Positions 55,648 to 64,000 of a stretch of 64,000 bases of DNA are shown here, piece after piece. Under the pieces are notes generated by a model that was given only the letters and a program-made list of their open reading frames with translations, was not told where the DNA came from and did no database searches. The translations under genes and the position numbers were made by a program. The DNA lies in the NCBI GenBank assembly GCA_043815665.1, contig JBDRIT010000251.1, forward strand, positions 2,818 to 66,817, written 5' to 3'. Source of the stretch: Pseudomonadota bacterium (lineage in GTDB: Bacteria; Myxococcota_A; UBA9042; CAIXZC01). Numbering within the stretch: the stretch's first letter is position 1; each line of letters starts with the position of its first letter.

Positions 55648-55926
55648 TCATTTGACATTCGCCAAGAGGACTCCGCGCGCAGTCAGAGTTCCCAGGAAAT
55701 GATCGACATCCGAAGCGGCGCGTTCATGGGACACCTCGTAGCCCTCGTCGAGCCTGACCACGAGGTCGCGCGCCGTCTCGGCGCCGGCCTCCACGGCCTC
55801 CCAGAGAAAGACCGCCGTCTCGTTCCCAAGGACGATGAGGTCCCCCTCGGGCGCCAGGATGAAGATCTCTTCACCGACGCGTCGGACGCCGACGTTTTCG
55901 GCCTTATGGAATGTGGTCAATGGCAT
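55648..55926 (-). CDS. PqqD-family protein (RiPP recognition element / peptide chaperone), 92 aa.
   Basis: …VGEEIFILAPEGDLIVLGNETAVFLWEAVEAGAETARDLVVRLDEGYEVSHERAASDVDHFLGTLTARGVLL… matches the PqqD pattern (x-then-LN-ETAxxIWxLxDGxxTxxEIxxxLxEEYxV…DVxxFLxxLxxxGLL). Confidence 0.7.
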   Translation of the reverse strand: MPLTTFHKAENVGVRRVGEEIFILAPEGDLIVLGNETAVFLWEAVEAGAETARDLVVRLDEGYEVSHERAASDVDHFLGTLTARGVLLANVK

Positions 55927-55950
55927 CCGGCTCCTCCTGCTCCCCGGGCG

Positions 55951-58900
55951 TCAGTCGAGGTTCACGGACAGATCGTACAGGGTACCGACGGAGCTGTTGT
56001 AGCCCGTCACCCGGATCAGGTAGGTGGACAGGGTGGTCGACGAGTAGCTGAACTCCTCGTCGTCGGAGCTCGACGACGAGCTTGCCACGTAGCCGACGCA
56101 GTTGCCCTGCTTGTAGAGGTAGATGTCCAGGTCCCCGTCCGCGTGGGCGAACTCGATCTTCGTCGTGAGCGTCTGGCCGGCACCGAGCAGCACCGCGTAC
56201 CAGTCCTCGTCACCCCCGAGGCAGATCGCCAGGTCTTTCTTGACGCCCGTGCCGATGGAGACTGCGGTGGTGCAGGTGTTGTTGGGCTCCATCCCTTCGT
56301 CGGTCTTGCAACCGCACTGGAAGTCGGTGCAGTCCTCGTAGACCGCACAGCTCCCGCAGAGCCCGACGCAGCCGTCGGCGCCGCAGACCTTTCCCTCGCA
56401 GGCGGGCTGACAGACGCACAGCCCCTGGACGCAGAGGTCCTGCAGGCCGGCGCATACGCCACAGTCGGCGCCGCAGCCGTCGTCGCCACAGACCTTTCCC
56501 TCGCAGGCGGGCTGGCACACACACAGCCCGTCGACGCAGAGGTCCTGTGGGCCGCCGCATTGTCCGCAGACTCCGTCGCAGCCGTCGGCGCCGCACTCCA
56601 GCCCGTCACAGGCCGGCTGGCAGATGCACTGGCCCTCCACGCAGGCGTCCTGGGGTCCGGTGCATTCTCCGCAGGACCCGCCGCAGCCGTCACCGCCGCA
56701 GGAGATCCCCTCGCAGGCGGGCTGACAGAGACAGGCACCGTCCACGCAGAGATCCTGTGGCCCGAAGCACTCACCGCAGGTGCCGCCGCACCCGTCGTCG
56801 CCGCACTCCGTGCCGGCGCAGGTGCCGATACAGACGCACTGGTCGTCGATGCAGAGGTCCTGGGGGTTCTCACAGTTGCCGCAGGAGAGTCCGCAGCCGT
56901 CGTCACCGCAGGCCTTTTCCTCGCACTGGGGCAGGCAGCAATCCAGGGTCAGGAAGTAGGATCCGAAGTCCTCCTCGGTGAGGCCCTCCACCACCACGTA
57001 GTAGGGTATGCCGGGCAGGGCCTTGAAGGTCACGGCGACGGGCCCGCCAGGGACGCCGGAGTCCCCGAAGCCCACGCACGCCCACTCCGACGCGCAGAAC
57101 TCCTCGAGGGCCGCGAGGCCGCCGTGGAAGACGTGCCCGGAGAGGATCGCCGTGACCACGGTCACCTGGGTCACGGAGACGGCGTACTTGTCGTCCGGAC
57201 CTTCCCACGGCGTCCCGGTGCACCGGTCGTAGCTCTCGAGGGTGCTGGGCTTGTCCGTGGAGTTGCCGCTGATCCCGTCGTAGCACCCCAGCTCCCAGAG
57301 GGTCTCACAGGGGGGCGGGACCTGGACGCACTGGTAGAAGCCGCAGATCTGTCCCGGCGCGCAGTCGCTGTCGTCCACGCAGTCGGGCTCCACAATGAGG
57401 ACCTGGAGGGAGTAGGCGCTCTCTCCACCGGCCTGGGTGGACACCCGGAGCCGATACACGCCTGGGGAGAGGGCCGTCCACGAGAGCGCCATCGTCCCCT
57501 CGCTGCCCACGGCCGAGACGAGGGGATCCCCGCATGAAGGGGGGACCAGGACAAGGGCGAGGCCGGTCTCATCGTCGGCCTGGGTGAGGGTGACCGAGAC
57601 GAGCTGGCCCTCGGTCAACGCGATGGAATACCAGTCCTCGTCCGTGTCGGGGCAGAGCAGGAGTCCCGCATGGTTCCCGAGGCCGATCGGGGAGGCGTCG
57701 AGGCAGGTCTCGTTTGGCTCCCCGCCGGGGTCCTCGGCGCACACCTCGCAGAGCCCCTCGGTGCAGAGCTCGCCGTCGGCGCACGTCCCGCAGATTCCAC
57801 CACAGCCATCATCTCCGCAGGCGGGCCCCTCGGCGCATTGGAGGACGCAGCACCCGATCTCGAGGCTGAACTGGCCGGCCCCGTCCACGGCGGCGCCGTC
57901 CACGACGATGTGGTAGTCGGTGCCCGCGGTCGCGTCGAAGGTCAGCACCTCGTCCACCTCGATGGCCGGTTGATCGACCAGCCCGGCGCAGGCCTGCTCC
58001 GGGGAGCACCAGGTGTCCAGGACCGCGAGCGCTGCGTCGTAGGTCTGGTCGCCCAGGGTCAGGGTGACCCGGGTATCCTTGGGGAGGGTCAGCTTGTAGG
58101 TCTTCTCGGGGCCCTCGTAGAGCACGTCCGTGCAGCTGTCGTAGGCCGTCCAGGCCGTGGACGTGCCCAGGGTACTCCCCATGAGCTGCACCCCGCAGCC
58201 GATGGATGCGGCGAGGGGGCAGGCCGGCTTGAGCACACACTCGCTCTCCTGGCACCAGTAGCCCCCGGCGCAGCCGCCGTGATCCTGGCAGGAGACCGCG
58301 CAGATCCCTCCGGCCTCCTCGCAGCCGTAGGGGTGGCAGGCGAGGAAGGCCCCCGCATCGCAGACGCCGATCCCGTCGCAGACCGCCGCCTCGGTGGCGA
58401 TGCCGTTCTCACAGGTCGGCACGCCGCAGATGACCTCAGCGCCCCACCACGCGCAGGCACCGACCCCGTCACAGACCCCGGTGAGGCCGCAGGTCTCGGG
58501 GGCCTCCTCCTCGCAGTCGTCCTGCGGATCGAGGCCGGCCGCGATGGGACGGCAGCCGCCGGCACCGTCGCAGGTCTGGCACCCGCCGCAATCGCTCTCC
58601 GGGTCGACTCCGTCCACCTGGGGGATGCATCCTCCGTCGCCGTCACAGGTTTCGCAGACGCCGCACCAGGCCTGGGGATCCTCCCCCGCCGGGAGCGGCG
58701 CGCAGGCGCCCTCACCGTTGCAGAGTGAGCAGACGCCGCAGTCTCCGGCGGAGTCCGTCCCCTCGGCCACGGACGTGCACGTTCCGACGAACTCCACGAG
58801 GACACAGGACTCGCAGACGCCGTCACAGGCCGTATCGCAGCAGACGCCGTCCACGCAGAGGCCCGAGAGGCACTGGCCGCTGTCTCCGCAGATCTGGCCA

Positions 58901-60303
58901 TCCTCCAGGCACGCATCGAGGCAGGGCGCGCCGCAGCCGTCGTCCTCCTGGCAGGCCTTGCCGTCGCAGTCCGGCGGGCAGACGCCGTCGTCGCACAGGC
59001 CCAACCAGCTGGACAGGCCGAAGGTCTTCGAGCACTGGCTCCATTCGTACTTGCAGAACCCGTCGACGGTGGTGAAGCAGGGGGCGCCGTTGTCTGGATC
59101 GACGCAGAAGCCCGCCGACCAGCCCCCGTCAGGCGCAGGCTGACCCTCGGGGGTCACCTGCAGGGTCCGGCAGACGGTCCCCGAGTCGCACTCCTCGTCG
59201 GTGGAGCAGGGGGTCGAGCAATAGGGGTTGACCTTGTCCGGCCACTGATGGAAGAGGCAGAGGGGGCCGAAGCAATCCGAGGCGTCGTCGCAGTCCTCGC
59301 CCACGCCGCCGCCGAAGGGGTTGTCGGAGTCGAGGCAGGCCCGCGCCGGGGCGTCGGTCCCGGGGGGGAAGAGATAGCCGCAGTACTCCTTGCCCACGAC
59401 ACAGTCCAGGTCGGTCAGGCAGGCGTCGCCGGAGCCCGCCGTTGGCACGCAGAGCCCCGCGTAGCCGCCGATCTGGCCCGGCAGGACGGGGTCCGGGATC
59501 CCCCAGAGGGTGCAGACCGTGTTGCCGGGGCACTGGTCCCCTGACTCGCACCAGGCGCTGCACATGCCCGGTCCCGTGGGGCCGGCCCCGGCGAGGGGGA
59601 GACAGAACAGAGAGGCGCACTGGTGGCCGGAGTTGATCCCCTGGCAGGATTTTCCGGCGATCTTGCGGTCCAGGATCGGGAGACACAGGCCGGTGGTGTC
59701 GCCCCCCTCAGCGAAGGCTCCCGCGCACACCGTCGCCTGGAGGCCCTGGGCAGTGCAGTCCGCGTCGAGGGAGCACTTCACCGCCGCACCGGCCACGGCC
59801 CCGGGGACGCAGACGTCCAGGTCCAGGGGGCACGCGAAGACCTGCCCCCAGGCGGAGGCAGCGGAAGGGTTGGCGCATGCGCCGGCGATCTCCTGGTCCC
59901 CGGTCCGGCAGAGGACCGTACAGAAGCCGAGGAGGCAGCCCGCGTTGGTGTCACAGTCCGCGTCGGTGGTGCAGGGCTTCCCGACGTCCGTCTCCGGGAG
60001 CTCCACCGCGTCTGGCGGGAGGTCCGGCTGGACGTCGGCGAGATCCGAAGGCAGCTCGAGTTGGACATCCGCGATGTCCGGGGGCAGGTCCGGGGCGACA
60101 TCGGGCGGGACCGTGTCTCCCGCGTCCATGGTGTCCGGCGGGCCATCGACGTCGACGCCATCGGGCGCGCCGCCGTCACCGATCGTGTCTGCGTCCCCCG
60201 GGAGGCCCGTGTCCGCTCCACCGCCATCGCCGCCCGTACAGCCGCCGAGGAGGGCGATGAGCCCGCCCAGAACCAGGAGCCGGACCAACAAACCTTGCCG
60301 CAT
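55951..60303 (-). CDS. Giant Cys-rich lipoprotein (1450 aa) with two pre-peptidase C-terminal (PPC)-like domains and six tandem CxPxCxGKxCGxDGCGGxCGxC modules.
   Basis: MRQGLLVRLLVLGGLIALLGGC is a lipoprotein signal, followed by a proline/acidic linker. PPC-like motifs (…DEDWYSIALTEGQLVSVTL… and …DEDWYAVLLGAGQTLTTKIEFAHADGDLDIYLY…). About 9% Cys. Confidence 0.8.
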   Translation of the reverse strand: MRQGLLVRLLVLGGLIALLGGCTGGDGGGADTGLPGDADTIGDGGAPDGVDVDGPPDTMDAGDTVPPDVAPDLPPDIADVQLELPSDLADVQPDLPPDAVELPETDVGKPCTTDADCDTNAGCLLGFCTVLCRTGDQEIAGACANPSAASAWGQVFACPLDLDVCVPGAVAGAAVKCSLDADCTAQGLQATVCAGAFAEGGDTTGLCLPILDRKIAGKSCQGINSGHQCASLFCLPLAGAGPTGPGMCSAWCESGDQCPGNTVCTLWGIPDPVLPGQIGGYAGLCVPTAGSGDACLTDLDCVVGKEYCGYLFPPGTDAPARACLDSDNPFGGGVGEDCDDASDCFGPLCLFHQWPDKVNPYCSTPCSTDEECDSGTVCRTLQVTPEGQPAPDGGWSAGFCVDPDNGAPCFTTVDGFCKYEWSQCSKTFGLSSWLGLCDDGVCPPDCDGKACQEDDGCGAPCLDACLEDGQICGDSGQCLSGLCVDGVCCDTACDGVCESCVLVEFVGTCTSVAEGTDSAGDCGVCSLCNGEGACAPLPAGEDPQAWCGVCETCDGDGGCIPQVDGVDPESDCGGCQTCDGAGGCRPIAAGLDPQDDCEEEAPETCGLTGVCDGVGACAWWGAEVICGVPTCENGIATEAAVCDGIGVCDAGAFLACHPYGCEEAGGICAVSCQDHGGCAGGYWCQESECVLKPACPLAASIGCGVQLMGSTLGTSTAWTAYDSCTDVLYEGPEKTYKLTLPKDTRVTLTLGDQTYDAALAVLDTWCSPEQACAGLVDQPAIEVDEVLTFDATAGTDYHIVVDGAAVDGAGQFSLEIGCCVLQCAEGPACGDDGCGGICGTCADGELCTEGLCEVCAEDPGGEPNETCLDASPIGLGNHAGLLLCPDTDEDWYSIALTEGQLVSVTLTQADDETGLALVLVPPSCGDPLVSAVGSEGTMALSWTALSPGVYRLRVSTQAGGESAYSLQVLIVEPDCVDDSDCAPGQICGFYQCVQVPPPCETLWELGCYDGISGNSTDKPSTLESYDRCTGTPWEGPDDKYAVSVTQVTVVTAILSGHVFHGGLAALEEFCASEWACVGFGDSGVPGGPVAVTFKALPGIPYYVVVEGLTEEDFGSYFLTLDCCLPQCEEKACGDDGCGLSCGNCENPQDLCIDDQCVCIGTCAGTECGDDGCGGTCGECFGPQDLCVDGACLCQPACEGISCGGDGCGGSCGECTGPQDACVEGQCICQPACDGLECGADGCDGVCGQCGGPQDLCVDGLCVCQPACEGKVCGDDGCGADCGVCAGLQDLCVQGLCVCQPACEGKVCGADGCVGLCGSCAVYEDCTDFQCGCKTDEGMEPNNTCTTAVSIGTGVKKDLAICLGGDEDWYAVLLGAGQTLTTKIEFAHADGDLDIYLYKQGNCVGYVASSSSSSDDEEFSYSSTTLSTYLIRVTGYNSSVGTLYDLSVNLD

Positions 60304-60419
60304 TCTTCCTCCTCGACGGGTCGAACCGTTCAGGACACGATTGGTTCAGAGATGAACCGAGCTCCAGGCATTATATCGCGCGCGTGGAGTGAATCAATTC
60401 CCGAGGGGATTCGGGGGCC

Positions 60420-61274
60420 CTAGAAGACGACCGAGGCGTATCCGACGAAGTCCTGGGGCTCTCCCTCGGGTATGACGTCCCAGCTGGTCGTGTGGGAGAG
60501 GAGCTCGCCATACTCGGACCCGTTCAGCCGGGCGGCGGTCACCGCGGCGGCAGCGGAGCCGGGGCAGCAGGCGCTCTGACTCGACAGCCCCTCGTCGATG
60601 CAGCCGAGGGGGTTGAGCTCAAGGAGGTTGCCGATGAACCGGCTGTCGTTCTCGTCCTTCGCCCAGCGGAGCGCCGCATGGCCCGTGCCGTTCATGACCT
60701 TTCCGTACCGTGGGCCGTAGTGCGTGAGGTCCGTGGAGCCGACGAAGATCGCGTTCCGCTCGCGGTAGCGCAGGATCTCGGCGAGCTGATCCACCACGTC
60801 CAGGATCACGTCCCGTGGCGGCATGAGCAGGACCACGAGCCTCGCATCCGGCATGAGCTGCTGGATGATCGGGAGGTGGACCTCGATGGTGTTGTCCGGG
60901 GTCCAGAGGATCTCGCTCAGCTCCTTGAAGCGGAAGGCCGAGGCGAGGCTGCGGACGATCTCCTGGTCCAGCTCCAGGATCCCGAGGGGGGTCTCGAAGC
61001 CCTCCCCGATCAGGATCATGGGCCGCTGGTGTGACTGGAGGTGGCCGCCGAAGAGGATCACCGTGTCGGGCTGACTCGATGCGAGGGTTCTCCAGACCTC
61101 ATAGGCGACCGCGCCGCTGTAGATCCAACCGGCGTGGGGAACCACACCCGCAGTGGGTCGCTTCCGCAACTTCTGCGTCGCGGTGGCGTGCACCTCGAAC
61201 TCTGCGAGCTGCGCTTCGATCTTCGATTTGGTTCCAGGGTACCAGGTGCCTGCGAAGGGGGAGTTCCGGAGCAT
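60420..61274 (-). CDS. MEMO1-family protein (AmmeMemoRadiSam system protein B).
   Basis: N-terminal FAGTWYPG signature. His-rich metal-site motifs (…VVPHAGWIYSG…, …LTHYG…). 284 aa. Confidence 0.85.
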   Translation of the reverse strand: MLRNSPFAGTWYPGTKSKIEAQLAEFEVHATATQKLRKRPTAGVVPHAGWIYSGAVAYEVWRTLASSQPDTVILFGGHLQSHQRPMILIGEGFETPLGILELDQEIVRSLASAFRFKELSEILWTPDNTIEVHLPIIQQLMPDARLVVLLMPPRDVILDVVDQLAEILRYRERNAIFVGSTDLTHYGPRYGKVMNGTGHAALRWAKDENDSRFIGNLLELNPLGCIDEGLSSQSACCPGSAAAAVTAARLNGSEYGELLSHTTSWDVIPEGEPQDFVGYASVVF

Positions 61275-61341
61275 CGATTCCTCCCGGCGGGGCCAGTCCG
61301 CCTGCTCTGCGGCAGGAAGTATATTCGCAAGGTGTGAAAAA

Positions 61342-63351
61342 TCAATCGGAAAGTGACTTCAACAAGCTCCCCAGTGCGTCCACAAACTCCTCCTCGCCGA
61401 GCTTCTCCTGGGCCTTGCTGGTGGATCGCTCCAGGAGGCCCGGGGGCAGCTCCTCGAGGAAGCGTGACGGGATGCAGTGGATCGTATCCCGCAGGCGCTT
61501 TCGTGTCCCGTAGTGGCTCAGGGCGAGGTGGCTCCTGGCCCGCGTGATCCCGACGTAGAGGAGCCGTCGCTCCTCCTCCAGGTCGACGTCCCGGTCCATG
61601 GAGCGGGCATGGGGGAGGAGGCCCTCCACGAGGCCGGCGATGTAGACGTGGGGGAACTCCAGGCCCTTGGCTGAATGGAGGGTGATGAGACTGGCGAGGC
61701 CGCCGAGATCCTTGCCGTCCCCCCCCTTCTCCTTCTCCCGGGCCTCCAGCGCGACGATCTCGAGGAAGCCTCCGAGGCTCGTCACCTTGCCCTGCTCCAC
61801 CGCCCGCTGCAGCATGCGCAGGAGGCTCTCCACCGCCTGCCATCCGGCGGGCTTCTCCCGGGAGAGGTGGTCCCGGTAGCCGCTCTCCGCAAGGAGAATC
61901 GAGGCATGGGCATGGAGGGTCTCGGGGTTTGCATCCGCCAGGCCTTCCACGGCGGCACCGACCACGCGACGGAACCGGCTGAGCTCCCGGGCGCTCCGGG
62001 CCGGCACCCCTTCCGGCGTCTCGAGGAGGGCTTCCAGGGCCTCCCAGAGGGAGCCCTCCTTCACGGCCTTCAGCTCCGTGAGGCGCTCCAGGGTGCGGGT
62101 CCCCACCCCCCGGGCCGGGGTGTTGACGATCCGAAGGAACGAGGTGTCGTCGAAGGGGTTTACCGCGAGCTTCCAGTAGGCCAGCGCGTCGCGCACTTCC
62201 CGACGACGGAAGAAATCGAAGGACCCGACGACCCGATAGGGGATGTCATAGAGGGTGAAGTACTCCTCGAAGAGCCGCGCCTGGCCCCGGGTGCGGTACA
62301 GCACCGCGATGTCCTTGGGGGCGGCGCCCTCCCCGATGCGTCGGAGAACATCTCCCGCGATGTGCTCGGCCTCCTTCTCCTGGCTGGGGACGTGGACCAG
62401 GTCGACTTTGAGGCGGCCGACGCGATCCGTCCACAGCTCCTTGTCGTGTCGCTTGAGGTTGTGCCGGATCAGGCCGTTTGCGAGATCCAGGATCTCCCGG
62501 GTGGAGCGGTAGTTCCGGGTGAGCTTGATCACCGTGGTGCCCGGGAAGCGGTCCCCGAACTCCAGGATGTTCTCCACCCGGGCACCGCGCCAGCGGTAGA
62601 TCGACTGGTCGTCGTCCCCCACGACGCAGAGGTTGCCCCAGCGCGACGCCAGCTGGGCGAGGAGGTCGACCTGGAGCACGTTGGTGTCCTGGTATTCGTC
62701 CACCATGATGTACCGGAACCGCTCCGCCCAGCGTGACCGGACCTCTGGGACCTCTTTGAGCAGCCGCAGGGGGAGGAGGAGCAGATCGTCGAAGTCCCAG
62801 GAGCGCTGCATCTTGAGCCGCGCCTGGTAGTCCCGGAACACCCGCAGCAGGAGCTTCCCCCGGACCGGGCCTGCGTCCCGGGCGACCTCCATGCTCGGGC
62901 GGCCGCCGCCCTTGACGTCCTGGAGGAACGCATGGAACGCATCCCGCAGGTCCGCCTCGACGTGGCCCGTGTGCTCCTGCATGACCTGCCGGATCACCTG
63001 GGCACGATCCTCTTCGTCCAGGATCGTGGATCGCGGGGAGAACCCGAGCGCGTTCGCGTCCCGGCGCAGGAGCCCGAGGCCGAAGGAGTGGAACGTGGAG
63101 ATCCACAGCTCGTCCATCCCGGCGCCGCCGAGGAGGCGCTTGACCCGCTCCCTCATCTCCGCCGCCGCCTTGTTCGTGAAGGTCACGGCGAGGATCTCGC
63201 CGGGCAGGGCTCCCTGCTCCAGGAGGTGCGCGATCCGGTGCGTGATGACCCGGGTCTTGCCGCTCCCCGCTCCAGCGAGCACGAGCACCGGGCCGCGGGT
63301 GGTGGTCACCGCGTGGCGCTGTTCGTCGTTGAGGTCGGTGAGCGGCTTCAT
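61342..63351 (-). CDS. ATP-dependent DNA helicase, UvrD/PcrA/Rep family.
   Basis: Motif I LVLAGAGSGKTRV, motif Ia, motif II (…MVDEYQDTN…), and motifs III-VI (…VGDDDQSIYRWRGA…, …NYRST…, …TLHSAKGLEF…VGITRAR). 669 aa. Confidence 0.9.
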   Translation of the reverse strand: MKPLTDLNDEQRHAVTTTRGPVLVLAGAGSGKTRVITHRIAHLLEQGALPGEILAVTFTNKAAAEMRERVKRLLGGAGMDELWISTFHSFGLGLLRRDANALGFSPRSTILDEEDRAQVIRQVMQEHTGHVEADLRDAFHAFLQDVKGGGRPSMEVARDAGPVRGKLLLRVFRDYQARLKMQRSWDFDDLLLLPLRLLKEVPEVRSRWAERFRYIMVDEYQDTNVLQVDLLAQLASRWGNLCVVGDDDQSIYRWRGARVENILEFGDRFPGTTVIKLTRNYRSTREILDLANGLIRHNLKRHDKELWTDRVGRLKVDLVHVPSQEKEAEHIAGDVLRRIGEGAAPKDIAVLYRTRGQARLFEEYFTLYDIPYRVVGSFDFFRRREVRDALAYWKLAVNPFDDTSFLRIVNTPARGVGTRTLERLTELKAVKEGSLWEALEALLETPEGVPARSARELSRFRRVVGAAVEGLADANPETLHAHASILLAESGYRDHLSREKPAGWQAVESLLRMLQRAVEQGKVTSLGGFLEIVALEAREKEKGGDGKDLGGLASLITLHSAKGLEFPHVYIAGLVEGLLPHARSMDRDVDLEEERRLLYVGITRARSHLALSHYGTRKRLRDTIHCIPSRFLEELPPGLLERSTSKAQEKLGEEEFVDALGSLLKSLSD

Positions 63352-63375
63352 TGGATCGAGGGCCGTGTCGCGGGA

Positions 63376-64000
63376 TCAGTGGGGGCAGGACGCGGGGCCG
63401 CCGAAGTCGTACGGGAACTGCCGCTCCTCGACGACGATCCCCTCGACCTCCGACTGCTGGCCCCAGCCACGACAGAACCATCCGTCCAGGAAGTCCACGA
63501 GATCGACCCCGACTTCGCCGCGGTCGGTGAACTGGTCCGAGGGCAGGTAGTTGAAGATCGCGTCGAAGACCGCAAGGCGGTTCGAGACCACCTCGGCGTC
63601 CTCGCCGGCGGGGTCCAGGAGGTCCCACAGGGTCGCAGAGACCAGCCAGTCCGAGACCTTCCCGCCCATGTTGCCGTTGCCCGTGCCGTAGGCGAAGGGG
63701 GAGCCCAGGGCCTCGAGGCCCGACACGCTGTACACGCCGAAGGGCAGGCTGTTGACGAACCACTGCGTGCCCAGCACCGCGGAGGCGTAGAAGGTGGAGA
63801 CGCCCTCGGTCCACGCGAGGTTCGGATCCGTCCGGGCGCCGAAGGCCTTCTCGCCGGTGCCGTCGTCGTTGCTCACGCGGTTCAGGACGAGCTTGAAGAA
63901 CTCCTTCAGGATCACCATGTCGTCGTACTCGTCCCGATCGGTGTCCTTCCCCTGGATGTTGAGCCCGCCCAGCTCCTGGCAGATCCCGCCGTTGTAGAGG
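63376..64000 (-). CDS. Hypothetical protein, C-terminal part only (the gene continues beyond the window edge).
   Basis: The minus-strand frame stays open from 64000 down to the stop at 63376. The annotated ATG 63918 is internal. No recognisable domain. Confidence 0.5.
   Translation of the reverse strand, partial: LYNGGICQELGGLNIQGKDTDRDEYDDMVILKEFFKLVLNRVSNDDGTGEKAFGARTDPNLAWTEGVSTFYASAVLGTQWFVNSLPFGVYSVSGLEALGSPFAYGTGNGNMGGKVSDWLVSATLWDLLDPAGEDAEVVSNRLAVFDAIFNYLPSDQFTDRGEVGVDLVDFLDGWFCRGWGQQSEVEGIVVEERQFPYDFGGPASCPH

Noticed and set aside
51493-57537. Plus-strand ORFs 51493..54279 (928 aa) and 55603..57537 (644 aa).
   Set aside because: Antisense to the two giant minus-strand lipoprotein genes. 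Translations are G/R/A/V/D-rich without domain signatures.
62246-63814. Minus ORF 62246..63814 (522 aa) and plus ORF 61675..62736 overlapping uvrD.
   Set aside because: Alternative frame or antisense of a helicase gene whose motifs I to VI are all present in the chosen frame.
1-64000. Search for tRNA, rRNA, CRISPR arrays and transposase/integrase genes.
   Set aside because: No cloverleaf-compatible stretches were found in the few intergenic gaps. There are no direct-repeat/spacer arrays and no recognisable transposase or integrase ORFs. The repetitiveness of the window is intragenic (protein repeats), not mobile-element-derived.

Overview
High-GC (~68%) bacterial chromosomal segment with the flavour of Myxococcota or a related deltaproteobacterium. 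Points in that direction: thrombospondin type-3 (TSP3) repeat proteins, MopE-like metal-binding motifs, a sigma-54 activator with an N-terminal FHA domain, and many Cys-rich lipoproteins. Three kinds of content are visible. (1) A cluster of five giant paralogous lipoproteins (2..5311 partial, 5570..11095, 11086..15438, 15460..21493 minus strand with an internal frameshift, 25062..28046). Four of them share a lipoprotein signal and a conserved ~200-aa N-terminal Cys-rich module; the fifth is truncated at the window edge. After the module come long arrays of TSP3 calcium-binding repeats, MopE-like repeats or CxxCxxDxC repeats, with different C-terminal modules. One of those is an endostatin/DUF1554-like domain; another is a block of ~13 uncharacterised tandem repeats. 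(2) Housekeeping genes: oligoendopeptidase F, a glutamine-synthetase-family protein, murC-murD, pheS-pheT, a GT4 glycosyltransferase, a SAM methyltransferase, an orphan histidine kinase, a UvrD-family helicase, and a Memo/AmmeMemoRadiSam-B protein. (3) Two compact minus-strand operons of accessory character. The first runs ECF sigma factor, anti-sigma-like membrane protein, caspase-like (clan CD) peptidase fused to a probable beta-barrel, Cys-rich lipoprotein, secreted protein (37097..42475). The second looks like a RiPP-type peptide-modification cassette (46038..48415): a 49-codon precursor-like ORF with a perfect Shine-Dalgarno, an HPr-kinase-related P-loop protein, a radical SAM/SPASM maturase and a Sec11/SipW-type Ser-His signal-peptidase-like protein. 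A PqqD-like RRE protein (55648..55926) and two giant Cys-rich / FG-GAP lipoproteins lie upstream on the same strand. No tRNA, rRNA or CRISPR array was found. The many long ORFs antisense to the Asp/Gly-rich repeat genes are frame shadows.
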